Of a stretch of DNA of 64,000 nucleotides, positions 33,942 to 42,889 are shown piece after piece. The stretch covers positions 63,485 through 127,484 of the forward strand of contig CAVZAL010000012.1 in NCBI GenBank assembly GCA_963773245.1, given 5' to 3'. Positions within the stretch are counted from its first letter, which is position 1; each line of letters starts with the position of its first letter. The position numbers and the translations under genes were made by a program. The DNA is from an uncultured Pseudomonadota bacterium (GTDB lineage Bacteria; Pseudomonadota; Alphaproteobacteria; Rhizobiales; Beijerinckiaceae). The notes under the pieces are model-generated. The model did no database searches. It was not told the origin of the DNA and was given only the letters and a program-made list of their open reading frames with translations.

Positions 33942-34490
33942 TCACTTGGTCGGGAACGGAACCGGCGAATCGGACAGGGTCCGTAGATAGGCGAGGATGT
34001 CGGCGCGCTTCTCGGGTTCCTGCTCGCCGGGATAGGTCATCTTGGTGCCGGAGATGTAAGCCGAGGGCTTGGTGATGAATTTGTTGAGATCCTCATAGGT
34101 CCAATCGCCGCCCTTGGCCTTCACGCCATCGGAATAGCCGAACCCGGCGATCGAGCCCTTCGCGCGGCCGACCACGCCGTAGAGCGGCGGCCCGACCTTC
34201 GCGGCGCCGCCCTTGTCGAAGCTGTGGCAGGACTGGCAGACCTTGGTGTCGGCCTCGCCCTTCTTCGGGTCGGCCTTGGCCAGCAGCACGGGCAGCGGCG
34301 TCTCCTTCGGCGCTTCCGCCTGCGCGGTCTTCTCGCCCCCCGACGGCAGGTTGTACCCGGGCTTGGCCGCCTTGTCCGGCGCGTAGAGCGCGTTCGAAAA
34401 CACTCCCAGCGCCATGGTGAGAAGCAGCACCATCATCACCGCCAGGGCGGTCTTGTTGGTATCGGTCGTGGTGATTCCGCCGCCAGACAC
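33942..34490 (-). CDS. cycM: Membrane-anchored cytochrome c (CycM/c-y type), start uncertain
   Basis: N-terminal TM, CQSCH heme motif, [18 protein letters not shown] axial Met. Divergent from kdsB. Confidence 0.88.
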   Translation of the reverse strand: MSGGGITTTDTNKTALAVMMVLLLTMALGVFSNALYAPDKAAKPGYNLPSGGEKTAQAEAPKETPLPVLLAKADPKKGEADTKVCQSCHSFDKGGAAKVGPPLYGVVGRAKGSIAGFGYSDGVKAKGGDWTYEDLNKFITKPSAYISGTKMTYPGEQEPEKRADILAYLRTLSDSPVPFPTK

Positions 34491-34616
34491 GTGGTCGAAA
34501 CTCCAAGCTGCCAGCGCCCCCCTTTGGACGCCACGGTCGCATCGCTGATTAGCCGCTTTGCCCGCGGCTTGGCAACACGTATAAGCGCGCTCGCTCACGA
34601 TCAGGCTTATTCCAAG

Positions 34617-35336
34617 TTGCGTCCCATCGTCCTCATCCCCGCGCGCATGGCCTCGACCCGGCTGCCGCGAAAACCGCTCGCCGACATCCACGGGACGCCC
34701 ATGATCGTTCACGTCTGGCGGCGCGCGCGGGAGGCGGACGTCGGGCCCGTCGTCGTCGCCGCCGACGATTCGGCCATAGTGGCGGCGGTCGAGTCCGCGG
34801 GCGGCCGCGCCATTCTGACGCAGGGCGATCACGCCTCGGGCTCCGACCGCATCGCCGAGGCGCTCGCCCGCCTCGACCCCGACCGGCGCCATGACACCAT
34901 CGTCAACGTGCAGGGCGACCTGCCGACGATCGAGGCCGAGGCCGTGCGCGCCGCGGCCGCGCTCGGAGAAGCCGACATCGTCACCCTCGCGACCCCCATT
35001 CTCCGCGCAGAGGAGCGCGACGACCCCAATGTCGTGAAGGCGATCGGCACGCCGATCGGCGAGAGGCGGCTGCGCGCCCTCTATTTCACCCGCGCGACCG
35101 CCCCTTCGGGGCCGGGCGAGCTCTTGCATCACATCGGCCTCTACGCCTATGCGCGCGAGGCGCTGGAGACCTTCGTGCGCCTGCCGCCTTCGCCTTTGGA
35201 GAAGCGCGAGCGGCTGGAGCAGTTGCGCGCGCTGGAGGCGGGCATGCGCATCGACGTCGAAATCGTCGACGTCGCGCCGCTCGGGGTCGATACGCATGAA
35301 GATCTGGAGCGCGCCCGCGAGCGGCTGGCGCCTTAG
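34617..35336 (+). CDS. kdsB: 3-deoxy-manno-octulosonate cytidylyltransferase
   Basis: [64 protein letters not shown]. Confidence 0.93.
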   Translation: MRPIVLIPARMASTRLPRKPLADIHGTPMIVHVWRRAREADVGPVVVAADDSAIVAAVESAGGRAILTQGDHASGSDRIAEALARLDPDRRHDTIVNVQGDLPTIEAEAVRAAAALGEADIVTLATPILRAEERDDPNVVKAIGTPIGERRLRALYFTRATAPSGPGELLHHIGLYAYAREALETFVRLPPSPLEKRERLEQLRALEAGMRIDVEIVDVAPLGVDTHEDLERARERLAP

Positions 35337-35345
35337 AGGACGGAC

Positions 35346-36191
35346 ATGAGCAGAGTGAAGATCGCCTACCAGGGCGAGCCGGGCGCGAATTCGCATATCG
35401 CCTGCGTCGAGAATTTCCCGGACGCCGAGCCGCTGCCCTGCGCGACCTTCGAGGACGCGTTCGCGGCGCTGCGCGACGGCGCGGCCGAGCTTGGCATGAT
35501 CCCGATCGAGAACTCGATCGCCGGCAGGGTGGCCGACATCCACAACCTGCTGCCGGCCTCCAGCCTCAACATCATCGGCGAGACCTTTCTGCCGATCCAT
35601 TTCCAATTGCTCGCGCTGCCCGGCGCCGGGCTGTCGGACCTGCGCAGCGTGCACAGCCACGTCCACGCGCTCGGCCAGTGCCGCAAGATCATTCGCGAAC
35701 TCGGCCTCAAGCCGGTGATCGCCGGCGACACGGCGGGTTCGGCGCGCGAGGTGGCGGAGGCGGGCGATCCGAGCCGCGCCTCGCTCGCCACGAGTCTGGC
35801 CGGCGAGATCTACGGCCTCAAGGTGCTGCGCGAGAATGTCGAGGACGAGGCGCATAACACCACGCGCTTCGTCGTATTGTCGAAGACGCCGAAATGGGCG
35901 CCGGCCCACAACGGGCCGGTCGTCACCACTTTTGTATTTCGCGTGCGCAACGTGCCGGCCTCGCTCTACAAGGCGCTCGGAGGCTTTGCGACAAACGGCG
36001 TCAACATGACCAAACTCGAAAGCTACATGGTCGACGGCGAGTTCACCGCCACGCAATTCCTCTCCGACGTCGACGGCCATCCCGAGGACCCGCCGCTCGC
36101 CCGCGCGCTGGAGGAGCTCGGCTTCTTCTCGCGCGAGGTGCGCATTCTCGGCGTCTATCCCGCCCATCCCTTTCGTCAGCTCGTGGCCTGA
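35346..36191 (+). CDS. pheA: Prephenate dehydratase
   Basis: AYQGEPGANS, PIENSIAG, SHVHALGQC, NTTRFVV, ACT domain GVNMTKLES. Confidence 0.93.
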   Translation: MSRVKIAYQGEPGANSHIACVENFPDAEPLPCATFEDAFAALRDGAAELGMIPIENSIAGRVADIHNLLPASSLNIIGETFLPIHFQLLALPGAGLSDLRSVHSHVHALGQCRKIIRELGLKPVIAGDTAGSAREVAEAGDPSRASLATSLAGEIYGLKVLRENVEDEAHNTTRFVVLSKTPKWAPAHNGPVVTTFVFRVRNVPASLYKALGGFATNGVNMTKLESYMVDGEFTATQFLSDVDGHPEDPPLARALEELGFFSREVRILGVYPAHPFRQLVA

Positions 36192-36249
36192 GGCTGCGAA
36201 GCGGCGGCATCGGTGATATGGAGGCGGCGGGCCGGGCGGGTTCGGCCTC

Positions 36250-37942
36250 ATGGTGCGGGTGAGACGCGTGCAAGGGCCGCCGGCCGAATTGCGGACGAGA
36301 CACATCCAGGCCGCATATGAGGCGGCGGTCGCGGAAGGCCGCTACGAGGCGCCCAAGGCGCGCCGGGCGCCGACGCCTGCGCGCCTCTATCGCGATGGCC
36401 GGCTGACGCTGCTCGCGCCCCATTTCGACTATGCCTATTACGCCTTCGAGAACCCCGATTTCGCGGCCTCGGGCCTCGACGAGCTCGAGCATTTCAATTT
36501 CTTCGGCTGGCGCCATCTGCGCAATCCCGCCCCCTGGTTCGACACCGCCTATTACCTGGCCAGCAATCCCGACGCGCTGGCCTCCGGCGACAATCCGTTC
36601 TGGCATTATATCTTCAAGGGCCGTGCGGAAGGCCGGGCGACGCGCCGCCCGCGCGCGGCCGAGCGGGCGATCCTGGAGGGCCTGTCGCCTCCCGAGGCGC
36701 AACGCGAAGAAGCGGGTCCGCCCGACCTGCCGCGTTTCAGCGCCGACGACCTCGTCGCGCGGCTTGAGCGCAAACTCGCCGACGCGCGAGGCCTCGTCTA
36801 CAGCTTCGATCCCGGCGGCCTCGCCGCTGCGCCTCCGGCGAGCGCCGAGGAGGCGCGCCATTGCCGGGAGCGCGGCTTCATCCATCTGCAAGCGTCCCCT
36901 TGGCGGGCCGCGCAGACGCTCAAATCCATGCCGGCCGCCTGGTCGGAGACGATGCTCGCGCTCGACGGCGAAACGCTCGGCGTCGTCACCGACGCCGGGA
37001 TAGCCAGGGCGCTCGCGCGCCTTGGGCGATGCGTCGCCGCCGCGCCGCGTTCTTCTCGTGCATGGCGTGCTCGGGGCTTCCCTCGAGGGCCTGCTCGCCG
37101 TCGAGGCGGCGCTGCGGCCGGACCGGCGGCTGTTCTTTCTGCGCGACTACTCCTCGCTCTGCGCGAGTCCGCGCCTGTTGCGCAACGACGTCGCCTATTG
37201 CGGCGCGCCGCCGCCAAATTCCGAGGCTTGCGCCATCTGCGTTCACGTCGAGGCGCGGCGGGCGCTGCTGGCGGGGCTGGAGCGGCTGTTCGAGCGTTGC
37301 CGGTTCACGATCGTCGCGCCGTCGCAGGCGGCGCTCGCGCTGTGGCGCGGCGCGACCGCGCTCCCTTATGAAGCCGCGACCGTCGTCGAGCCGGCGAGCC
37401 TCGAAGAGCTGGCGCAGCCGGCGGAGATCGGCGAGGAGGGCGAAATCGGCGCCGAGGGTCGGCCGGTGCGCGTGGCTTTCCTCGGGGCCCCTTCGCTCGT
37501 CAACGGCTGGCTGACGTTCGAGAGCCTTCTGGAGGCGTGCGGCGAATTGACCGCCTACGCCTTCCACCATTTCGCGGCCGCCGAGGATCTGCGGCCGAGC
37601 CGCAACCTCGTCAGCATCGAGGCCGACAGACCGTTGCGCGATCTCATGATCGCGGCCCGCGTCGATTTCGTCGTCATGGCGAGCGAAAGTCCCGAGCCGT
37701 TCTCGGCGCCGGCGCTCGAGGCGCTGGCGGGGGGCTCAGACCTCGTGGCGCTCCGTCGCAGCGGCCATCCCGCCGCGCTCGTCGAGAGCGAGCGGCGCGG
37801 GCGCCTGTTCGAGTCCGATGACGAGATCGTCGAGTTCTTCGTCACCGGCAAGGCGATCGCTTACGCCCGGGAGCGCGGCCGCTTCCCCCGCCATGTCCAG
37901 GCCGTTCGCGGCCGCGACGCCCTCGCGGCGCTGTTGGCGTAG
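36250..37942 (+). CDS. Glycosyltransferase-like protein: N-terminal FD..YY...NPD repeats plus a GT-B (GT4-like) remainder. Frameshift near 37030.
   Basis: FDYAYYAFENPD..LEHF..GW..RNP..WFDTAYYLASNPD..NPFWHYI..GRAEGR, LRDYSSLC..L..ND..YCGAP, RVAFLG, PEPFSAPALEALAGG. Confidence 0.6.
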
Positions 37943-37954
37943 GAGCGCGGGAGC

Positions 37955-38995
37955 GTGGCCGGCGGCGTCGTCGCATTCACGAGTTTCACCTGCGCCGAAC
38001 TGGCTCCGGCGCTGACGCTGGCGCGCAGTCTGCGGACGCGCCATCCCGCCTGGCGGCTCGTCGGGGTGCTGGTCGATCGCGCGCCGGCCGGGATCGACCA
38101 GGGCTGGCGGCGCGCCTTCGACGACGTGCTCGACGCCGAGGCGCTCTACGGAGGGAGCTGGCGGGGCTTCGTGTTCAAGCACGACGCCGCTGAGGCCGCC
38201 GCGGCGGTGAAGGGCCGCGCGCTCCTCAGCCTTTTCGGCGAGGGCGCCGAGAAGGCGCTCTATTTCGCGCCGGGCGTCGCTGTCTTCGGCGATCTCGCCG
38301 AGGTCGAGGCCCGGCTCGACGCGGCCTCGATCCTGCTGACGCCGCATCAGGCCGAACCCAACGAAGGCGCCCAGGCGATCGCCGACAACGAGGCGCTGGC
38401 GATGCGCTACGGCGTTTACAGCCTGAGCTTTCTCGGCGTCCGCAACGACGCGGCGGGGAGCGCGCTCGCGCGCTGGTGGGCCGCGCGGCTCGACCGCGCC
38501 TGCTACGACGACGTCGGCGGCGGGCTCTACAACGACCAGAAATATTTCGATCTTGTCCCCGCGCTGTTCGACCGCGTCGAGGTGCTGCGCGATCCCGGCT
38601 GCCACGTCGCGAGCTGGAACCTGAGCCGTCGCGAGATCGGGATCTCCCTGGACGGACGGATTCTCGTCAACGGCCGCTTTCCCCTCAAATTCTACAATTT
38701 CGGCAACCCTTACGGCGACGGCGCGATCCTGACCGAACGCTACGCGGGTCGGCGTCTGGCCGTTTACGAGCTCGCCGCCTGTTACAAGCGCGCGCTCGCC
38801 GCCTCGGGCGCGCCGGCGCTTCCCCCCGAGGCCTGGGCCTATGGCCGTTTCGACGACGGCGCGCCGATCGCCGCCATGGCGCGGCGGCTCTATCGAGGCG
38901 ATCCCGAGCTTGAGGCGCGCTTTCCCGATCCCTTCGCGGCGGGCCCCGACACCTATCGCGCCTATCTGCTGGCGAACCGCCCGGATCTCGTCTGA
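37955..38995 (+). CDS. GT-A-like glycosyltransferase homolog
   Basis: AFTS..A..LARSL..HP, KH...AVKG, SILLTPH, WW..RL...C......G.Y.DQK..DLVP, LRDPG..VASWNL..R, WAYG.FDDG. Confidence 0.65.
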   Translation: MAGGVVAFTSFTCAELAPALTLARSLRTRHPAWRLVGVLVDRAPAGIDQGWRRAFDDVLDAEALYGGSWRGFVFKHDAAEAAAAVKGRALLSLFGEGAEKALYFAPGVAVFGDLAEVEARLDAASILLTPHQAEPNEGAQAIADNEALAMRYGVYSLSFLGVRNDAAGSALARWWAARLDRACYDDVGGGLYNDQKYFDLVPALFDRVEVLRDPGCHVASWNLSRREIGISLDGRILVNGRFPLKFYNFGNPYGDGAILTERYAGRRLAVYELAACYKRALAASGAPALPPEAWAYGRFDDGAPIAAMARRLYRGDPELEARFPDPFAAGPDTYRAYLLANRPDLV

Positions 38996-39000
38996 CCCGC

Positions 39001-39846
39001 TCAGCTCGATCGCAGCACGACGCAGGCGCCGCCGACCTTTTCGAGTTTCGCGCAGAGCCGTTCGGCCTCCAGCCGCGTCTGCGCCGGCGCACGCACGCGG
39101 TAATAGGGGCGGTAGCCGCGGTTCAACAGCCGTCCGGCCAGCACCATCGGCTGCACGCCCCCGAGAATGGCGGAATAGGCCGCTTCCGCGCGCGCATACT
39201 GGCGCAGCGCCGCCGCTTTGCTGAAGGAGCCCGAGATCTGCACGCCCCAGGGCGCCCAGAATTGGGAATGGGCGAACAGGGTCGGCTCCGCGCGGCGGAA
39301 CTTGGCGACGATCTGCACGCAGGAGGCGTCGGGGAACACCGCTTCGTCGGTCAGTTTGGCGGCGTCCTTGCCGCGCCACTCCTCGGCGGAATGCCTGGTG
39401 ACGATGGAGACATAGTCCTGCGTCTCCAGGGGCAGGCCGCCCTGGCCGGCGAGGAAGCGGGCGACGCGGCCGGGGCCGGCGTTGTAGGCGGCGGCGGCGA
39501 GGCCGAGATTGCCGAACTTGTCGCGCAAATCGGAAAGCAGCGCGGCGGCCTTGGGGATGGCGGATTCGGGGTCGAAGGGATCGGCGAGGCCGCGCGCGTC
39601 GGCGGTGGCGGGCATGAATTGCGCGATGCCGCGCGCGCCCGCCGGGCTCACCGCGCCCGCCTGGAAATTGCTCTCCTGCCAGATGAGGCGGGTGAGAAAA
39701 GCCACCGGCAGCGTCTGCGCAAGCGCCGAGGAATCGATCAGGTCGCAGATCGAACCGATCACGGACTCGCCGGCTTTCGCCTCGGTCGTCGCGGCGAGCG
39801 CGGCGCCGAAGGCCAGCGCCGCGAAGAGCCGTTTCTCTCGGCCCAT
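39001..39846 (-). CDS. Lytic transglycosylase (SLT) with C-terminal SPOR domain
   Basis: LIWQESNF, AVSPAGARGIAQFMPATA, LAAAAYNAG, ETQDYV, then WGVQISGSFS..YRVR..A..LC..L...GG.C.V. Confidence 0.9.
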   Translation of the reverse strand: MGREKRLFAALAFGAALAATTEAKAGESVIGSICDLIDSSALAQTLPVAFLTRLIWQESNFQAGAVSPAGARGIAQFMPATADARGLADPFDPESAIPKAAALLSDLRDKFGNLGLAAAAYNAGPGRVARFLAGQGGLPLETQDYVSIVTRHSAEEWRGKDAAKLTDEAVFPDASCVQIVAKFRRAEPTLFAHSQFWAPWGVQISGSFSKAAALRQYARAEAAYSAILGGVQPMVLAGRLLNRGYRPYYRVRAPAQTRLEAERLCAKLEKVGGACVVLRSS

Positions 39847-39928
39847 TGCGTCCTCCGTTCTGGCGCGAAGAAAGACGATGGAGCGCCGTCCCGTCAACCG
39901 CCCTCGCGCGGCGCACTTCGGCTCGCTT

Positions 39929-39957
39929 CTTGCGCGCTCCGGCGGCGAGGCCTATCT
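39929..39957 (+). promoter_or_regulatory. RpoH (sigma32)-type promoter upstream of nfuA
   Basis: CTTGCG-N16-CCTATCT, matching the rhizobial RpoH pattern CTTG..N15-16..CCTAT(A/C)T. Confidence 0.55.
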
Positions 39958-39982
39958 GGAGGCGACCCCAGAGAGAACGCCG

Positions 39983-40531
39983 ATGTTCATTCAGACCGAG
40001 CCGACCCCCAATCCCGCCACGTTGAAGTTCCTGCCCGGGCGGCCGGTGCTCGACTCCGGCACCTTCGAGGCGACCAGCACGGAAGAAGCCGAGCGTTCGC
40101 CGCTCGCCAAGGCGCTGATGGAGATTCCCGGCGTGCGCGGCGTGTTCCTGGCGCCCGACTTCATCTCGGTGACCAAGGGCGATGGCGATTGGGGGCATCT
40201 GCGGCCCGCCGTGCTCGGCGTGGTGACGGAGTTCTTCCTGTCGGGCGCGCCGGCGCTTTCCGGCTCGGCTTCGGCGACGGAGGAGTTTTTCGAGGCCGGC
40301 GACCAGGACATCGTCGACACGATCAAGGAGCTCATCGAGACGCGCGTGCGGCCGGCGGTGGCCGGCGACGGCGGCGACATCATTTTCAAGGGCTTCCGCG
40401 AGGGGATCGTCTATCTCGGCATGAAGGGCGCCTGCTCGGGCTGCCCGTCCTCCACCGCCACGCTCAAGCACGGCATCGAGAACCTGTTCCGCCACTTCCT
40501 GCCGGAGGTGAAGGGCGTCGAGCAGATGTGA
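39983..40531 (+). CDS. nfuA: NifU/NfuA Fe-S carrier (Nfu_N plus NifU)
   Basis: MFIQTEPTPNPATLKFLPG, RVRPAVAGDGGDI, GACSGCPSSTATLK.GIE. Confidence 0.9.
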   Translation: MFIQTEPTPNPATLKFLPGRPVLDSGTFEATSTEEAERSPLAKALMEIPGVRGVFLAPDFISVTKGDGDWGHLRPAVLGVVTEFFLSGAPALSGSASATEEFFEAGDQDIVDTIKELIETRVRPAVAGDGGDIIFKGFREGIVYLGMKGACSGCPSSTATLKHGIENLFRHFLPEVKGVEQM

Positions 40532-40534
40532 GGC

Positions 40535-40642
40535 CTAAGCAGACGATTTCCGAAAAGTGGATGCCGGTTTTCGGACGAAAATCCTGCTAAATCAAAAACT
40601 CTAAGCAGACATTCGTTGGCCTTCCAACGAATGTCTGCTTAG
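40535..40642. repeat. ~108-bp palindromic interspersed element (BRU-RS/MITE-like), copy 2
   Basis: Matches 23825-23930 except a 2-bp insertion and one substitution. Lies between convergent nfuA and tetR. Confidence 0.85.
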
Positions 40643-41223
40643 CGTTCCGGCGCCAGCAGCCCGTCGAGAAACACGTCGATCAGCTTCAGCGCCAACTCCC
40701 GCCATCCCGGCTGATCGTTGAGCACGCAGAAGCCGAGCACGGCCCGCAGCAGTTCCTGCGGCGCGATCTCCGCGCGCAGCGCGCCGGCGGCGCGGACGCG
40801 GCCGAGCAAGAGCCCTGCGGCCTCCGTGAGCCGCGCGAAGGAATAGGCCGACAGATCCTTGTTGTAGGCGGCCAGCGCCAGAGCGGCCGCCATCCCCTTT
40901 TTCGTGGCGACGAACTCGACATTCGCCTTCACCCAGCGCCTGAGCCCCTCGGAGGGCGACGCCGCGGAAAGCGACGCCTCCGCCAGCGCCGCCAGTTCGT
41001 CGACCTCGCGCCTGTAGACCGCCTCGAACAAAGCCTCGCGGGTCGGAAAATGCCGGTAGAGCGTGCCGATGCCGAGCCCCGCGCGGCGCGCGACCGCCTC
41101 CAGGCTCGCCTCCGGCCCGCCGGCGCTGAAGACGGCTTTGGCCGCGCTCAGCAGAAGCTCGCGATTGCGCGCGGCGTCGGCGCGCGGGCCGCGCGCCGGC
41201 GGCTTTGACATGACTTCACTCAT
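40639..41223 (-). CDS. TetR/AcrR family regulator
   Basis: RADAARNRELLL.AA..F, SLEAVARRAGLGIGTLYRHFPTREALF. Confidence 0.92.
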   Translation of the reverse strand: MSEVMSKPPARGPRADAARNRELLLSAAKAVFSAGGPEASLEAVARRAGLGIGTLYRHFPTREALFEAVYRREVDELAALAEASLSAASPSEGLRRWVKANVEFVATKKGMAAALALAAYNKDLSAYSFARLTEAAGLLLGRVRAAGALRAEIAPQELLRAVLGFCVLNDQPGWRELALKLIDVFLDGLLAPER

Positions 41224-41240
41224 TCGTGTCCATGCCCGGC

Positions 41241-41269
41241 TTGCAAAACGGAGGAAGCCTCCGTATTTT
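41241..41269 (+). promoter_or_regulatory. Sigma70 promoter with an embedded TetR-type operator
   Basis: TTGCAA-17bp-TATTTT, with palindrome ACGGAGG-aag-CCTCCGT at 41248-41264 filling the spacer. Confidence 0.7.
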
Positions 41270-41383
41270 CCCTCGCGTGGATAGATCGGCGCTATACCTG
41301 AGCCGGAACATCGCATCACTTCAATTCTGATCGACTTGCCGCTCCTGAAAGAATCGGCGGTCGATCGCTCCCCGGAGTTTCGC

Positions 41384-41875
41384 ATGGACCTTGCGATCTC
41401 GGCGACCATCAACGGCGTCCGGAGCGACGTCGCGTTGGAGGACGCCCGCGTCACGCTGCTCGACCTGTTGCGCGAGCGGCTGGGATTGACCGGCGCCAAG
41501 AAGGGCTGCGACCGCGGCCAATGCGGCGCCTGCACGGTGATCCTCGACGGCCGGCGCGTCAACGCCTGCCTCGTGCTGGCCGCGACCTGCGACGGCGCCG
41601 ACATTCTCACCATCGAGGGCCTCGCCGAGGGCGAGCATTTGAGCGCCGTGCAGGCCGCCTTCATCGAACACGACGCGCTGCAATGCGGCTTCTGCACGCC
41701 GGGCCAGATCATGAGCGCCACCGCCTTTCTCAAGGAGGGCGGCGACTGGCGCGATCCGGAGGCGATCCGCGAGGGCATGAGCGGCAATCTCTGCCGCTGC
41801 GGCGCCTACGCCGGGATCGTCGAGGCGGTGCAGGAGGCCGGGCGGCGGCTCGAAACGCGAAAGGACGCGGCATGA
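41384..41875 (+). CDS. Xanthine dehydrogenase-family 2Fe-2S subunit (PaoA/YagT-like)
   Basis: TGAKKGCDRGQCGACT, QCGFCTPGQ, GNLCRCGAY. Confidence 0.92.
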   Translation: MDLAISATINGVRSDVALEDARVTLLDLLRERLGLTGAKKGCDRGQCGACTVILDGRRVNACLVLAATCDGADILTIEGLAEGEHLSAVQAAFIEHDALQCGFCTPGQIMSATAFLKEGGDWRDPEAIREGMSGNLCRCGAYAGIVEAVQEAGRRLETRKDAA

Positions 41876-42889
41876 ATGCGTTTGAATTCGTTCAGCCGCG
41901 GACGCTCGATGAGGCGCTCGCGGCAGGCGCTGCGGAAGGCGCGGCTTTTCTGGCCGGCGGCACCAATCTCGTCGATCTGATGAAGGCCGGCGTCGCCCGG
42001 CCCGCGCGCCTCGTCCATATCGGCCGCCTTGCGGGGCTCGACCGCATCGAGACGCTGCCGGACGGCGGCGTTCGGATCGGCGCTCTCGCGCGCAACGCCG
42101 ATCTGGCGGGGCTTTCCGAGCGTTATCCGCTCGTCGCCGAGGCGACGCTCTCCGGCGCCTCGGCGCAACTGCGCAACGCCGCCACCGTCGGCGGCAACCT
42201 GATGCAGCGCCCGCGCTGCAACTATTTCTTCGACCCCGCGAGCGCCTGCAACAAGCGCGAGCCCGGCGCCGGGTGCGACGCTGTCGGCGGGGAATCGCGC
42301 AGCGCGGCGATCCTCGGCGCGAGCCCCGCTTGCGTGGCGACCCATCCCTCCGATCTCGCGGTGGCGCTGGCCGCGCTCGACGCCGTCGTCGAGATCGCCG
42401 GGCCTTCCGGGCGGCGCGAAATTCCGCTCGACGGCTTCTATCGCCTGCCGGGCGACGCGCCCGAGCGCGAGACCGAACTGAAGGCCGGCGAGCTGATCGT
42501 CGCCGTGCGGCTTCCGCCGCCTGAATTCGCCAGCCATTCCCGCTTTGTGAAGGCGCGCGACCGCGTCTCCTTCGCCTTTGCGCTGGCCTCGGCCGCGGCG
42601 GCGCTCAGGCTCGAGGGCGGCGTCATCGTCGAGGCGCGGCTCGCGCTCGGCGGCGTCGCGCCGAAGCCTTGGCGCGCCCGCGAGGCGGAGGCGGCGCTTG
42701 AAGGCGTGAAGCCGTCCGACGGAAGCTTTCGCCAAGGCCGCCGCCGTCGCGCTCGCCGGGGCGAAGCCCGTCGGCGAAAACGCCTTCAAGATCGAACTGG
42801 CGCGTCGCGTCGCGGCGCGCGCGCTGAAACTCGCGGCGGCGGGAACGCGTCTTTCCGCTCTGCCCGCCTCGCCTTTCGGAGCCGCCTGA
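41872..42889 (+). CDS. Xanthine dehydrogenase-family FAD subunit (PaoB/YagS-like), frameshift near 42720
   Basis: LAGGTNLVDLMK, GASAQLRNAATVGGNL.QR.RC.YF..CNKR.PG.GC, CVATHPSD, LGGVAPKPWR. TGA at 42887-42889 after the shift. Confidence 0.9.
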
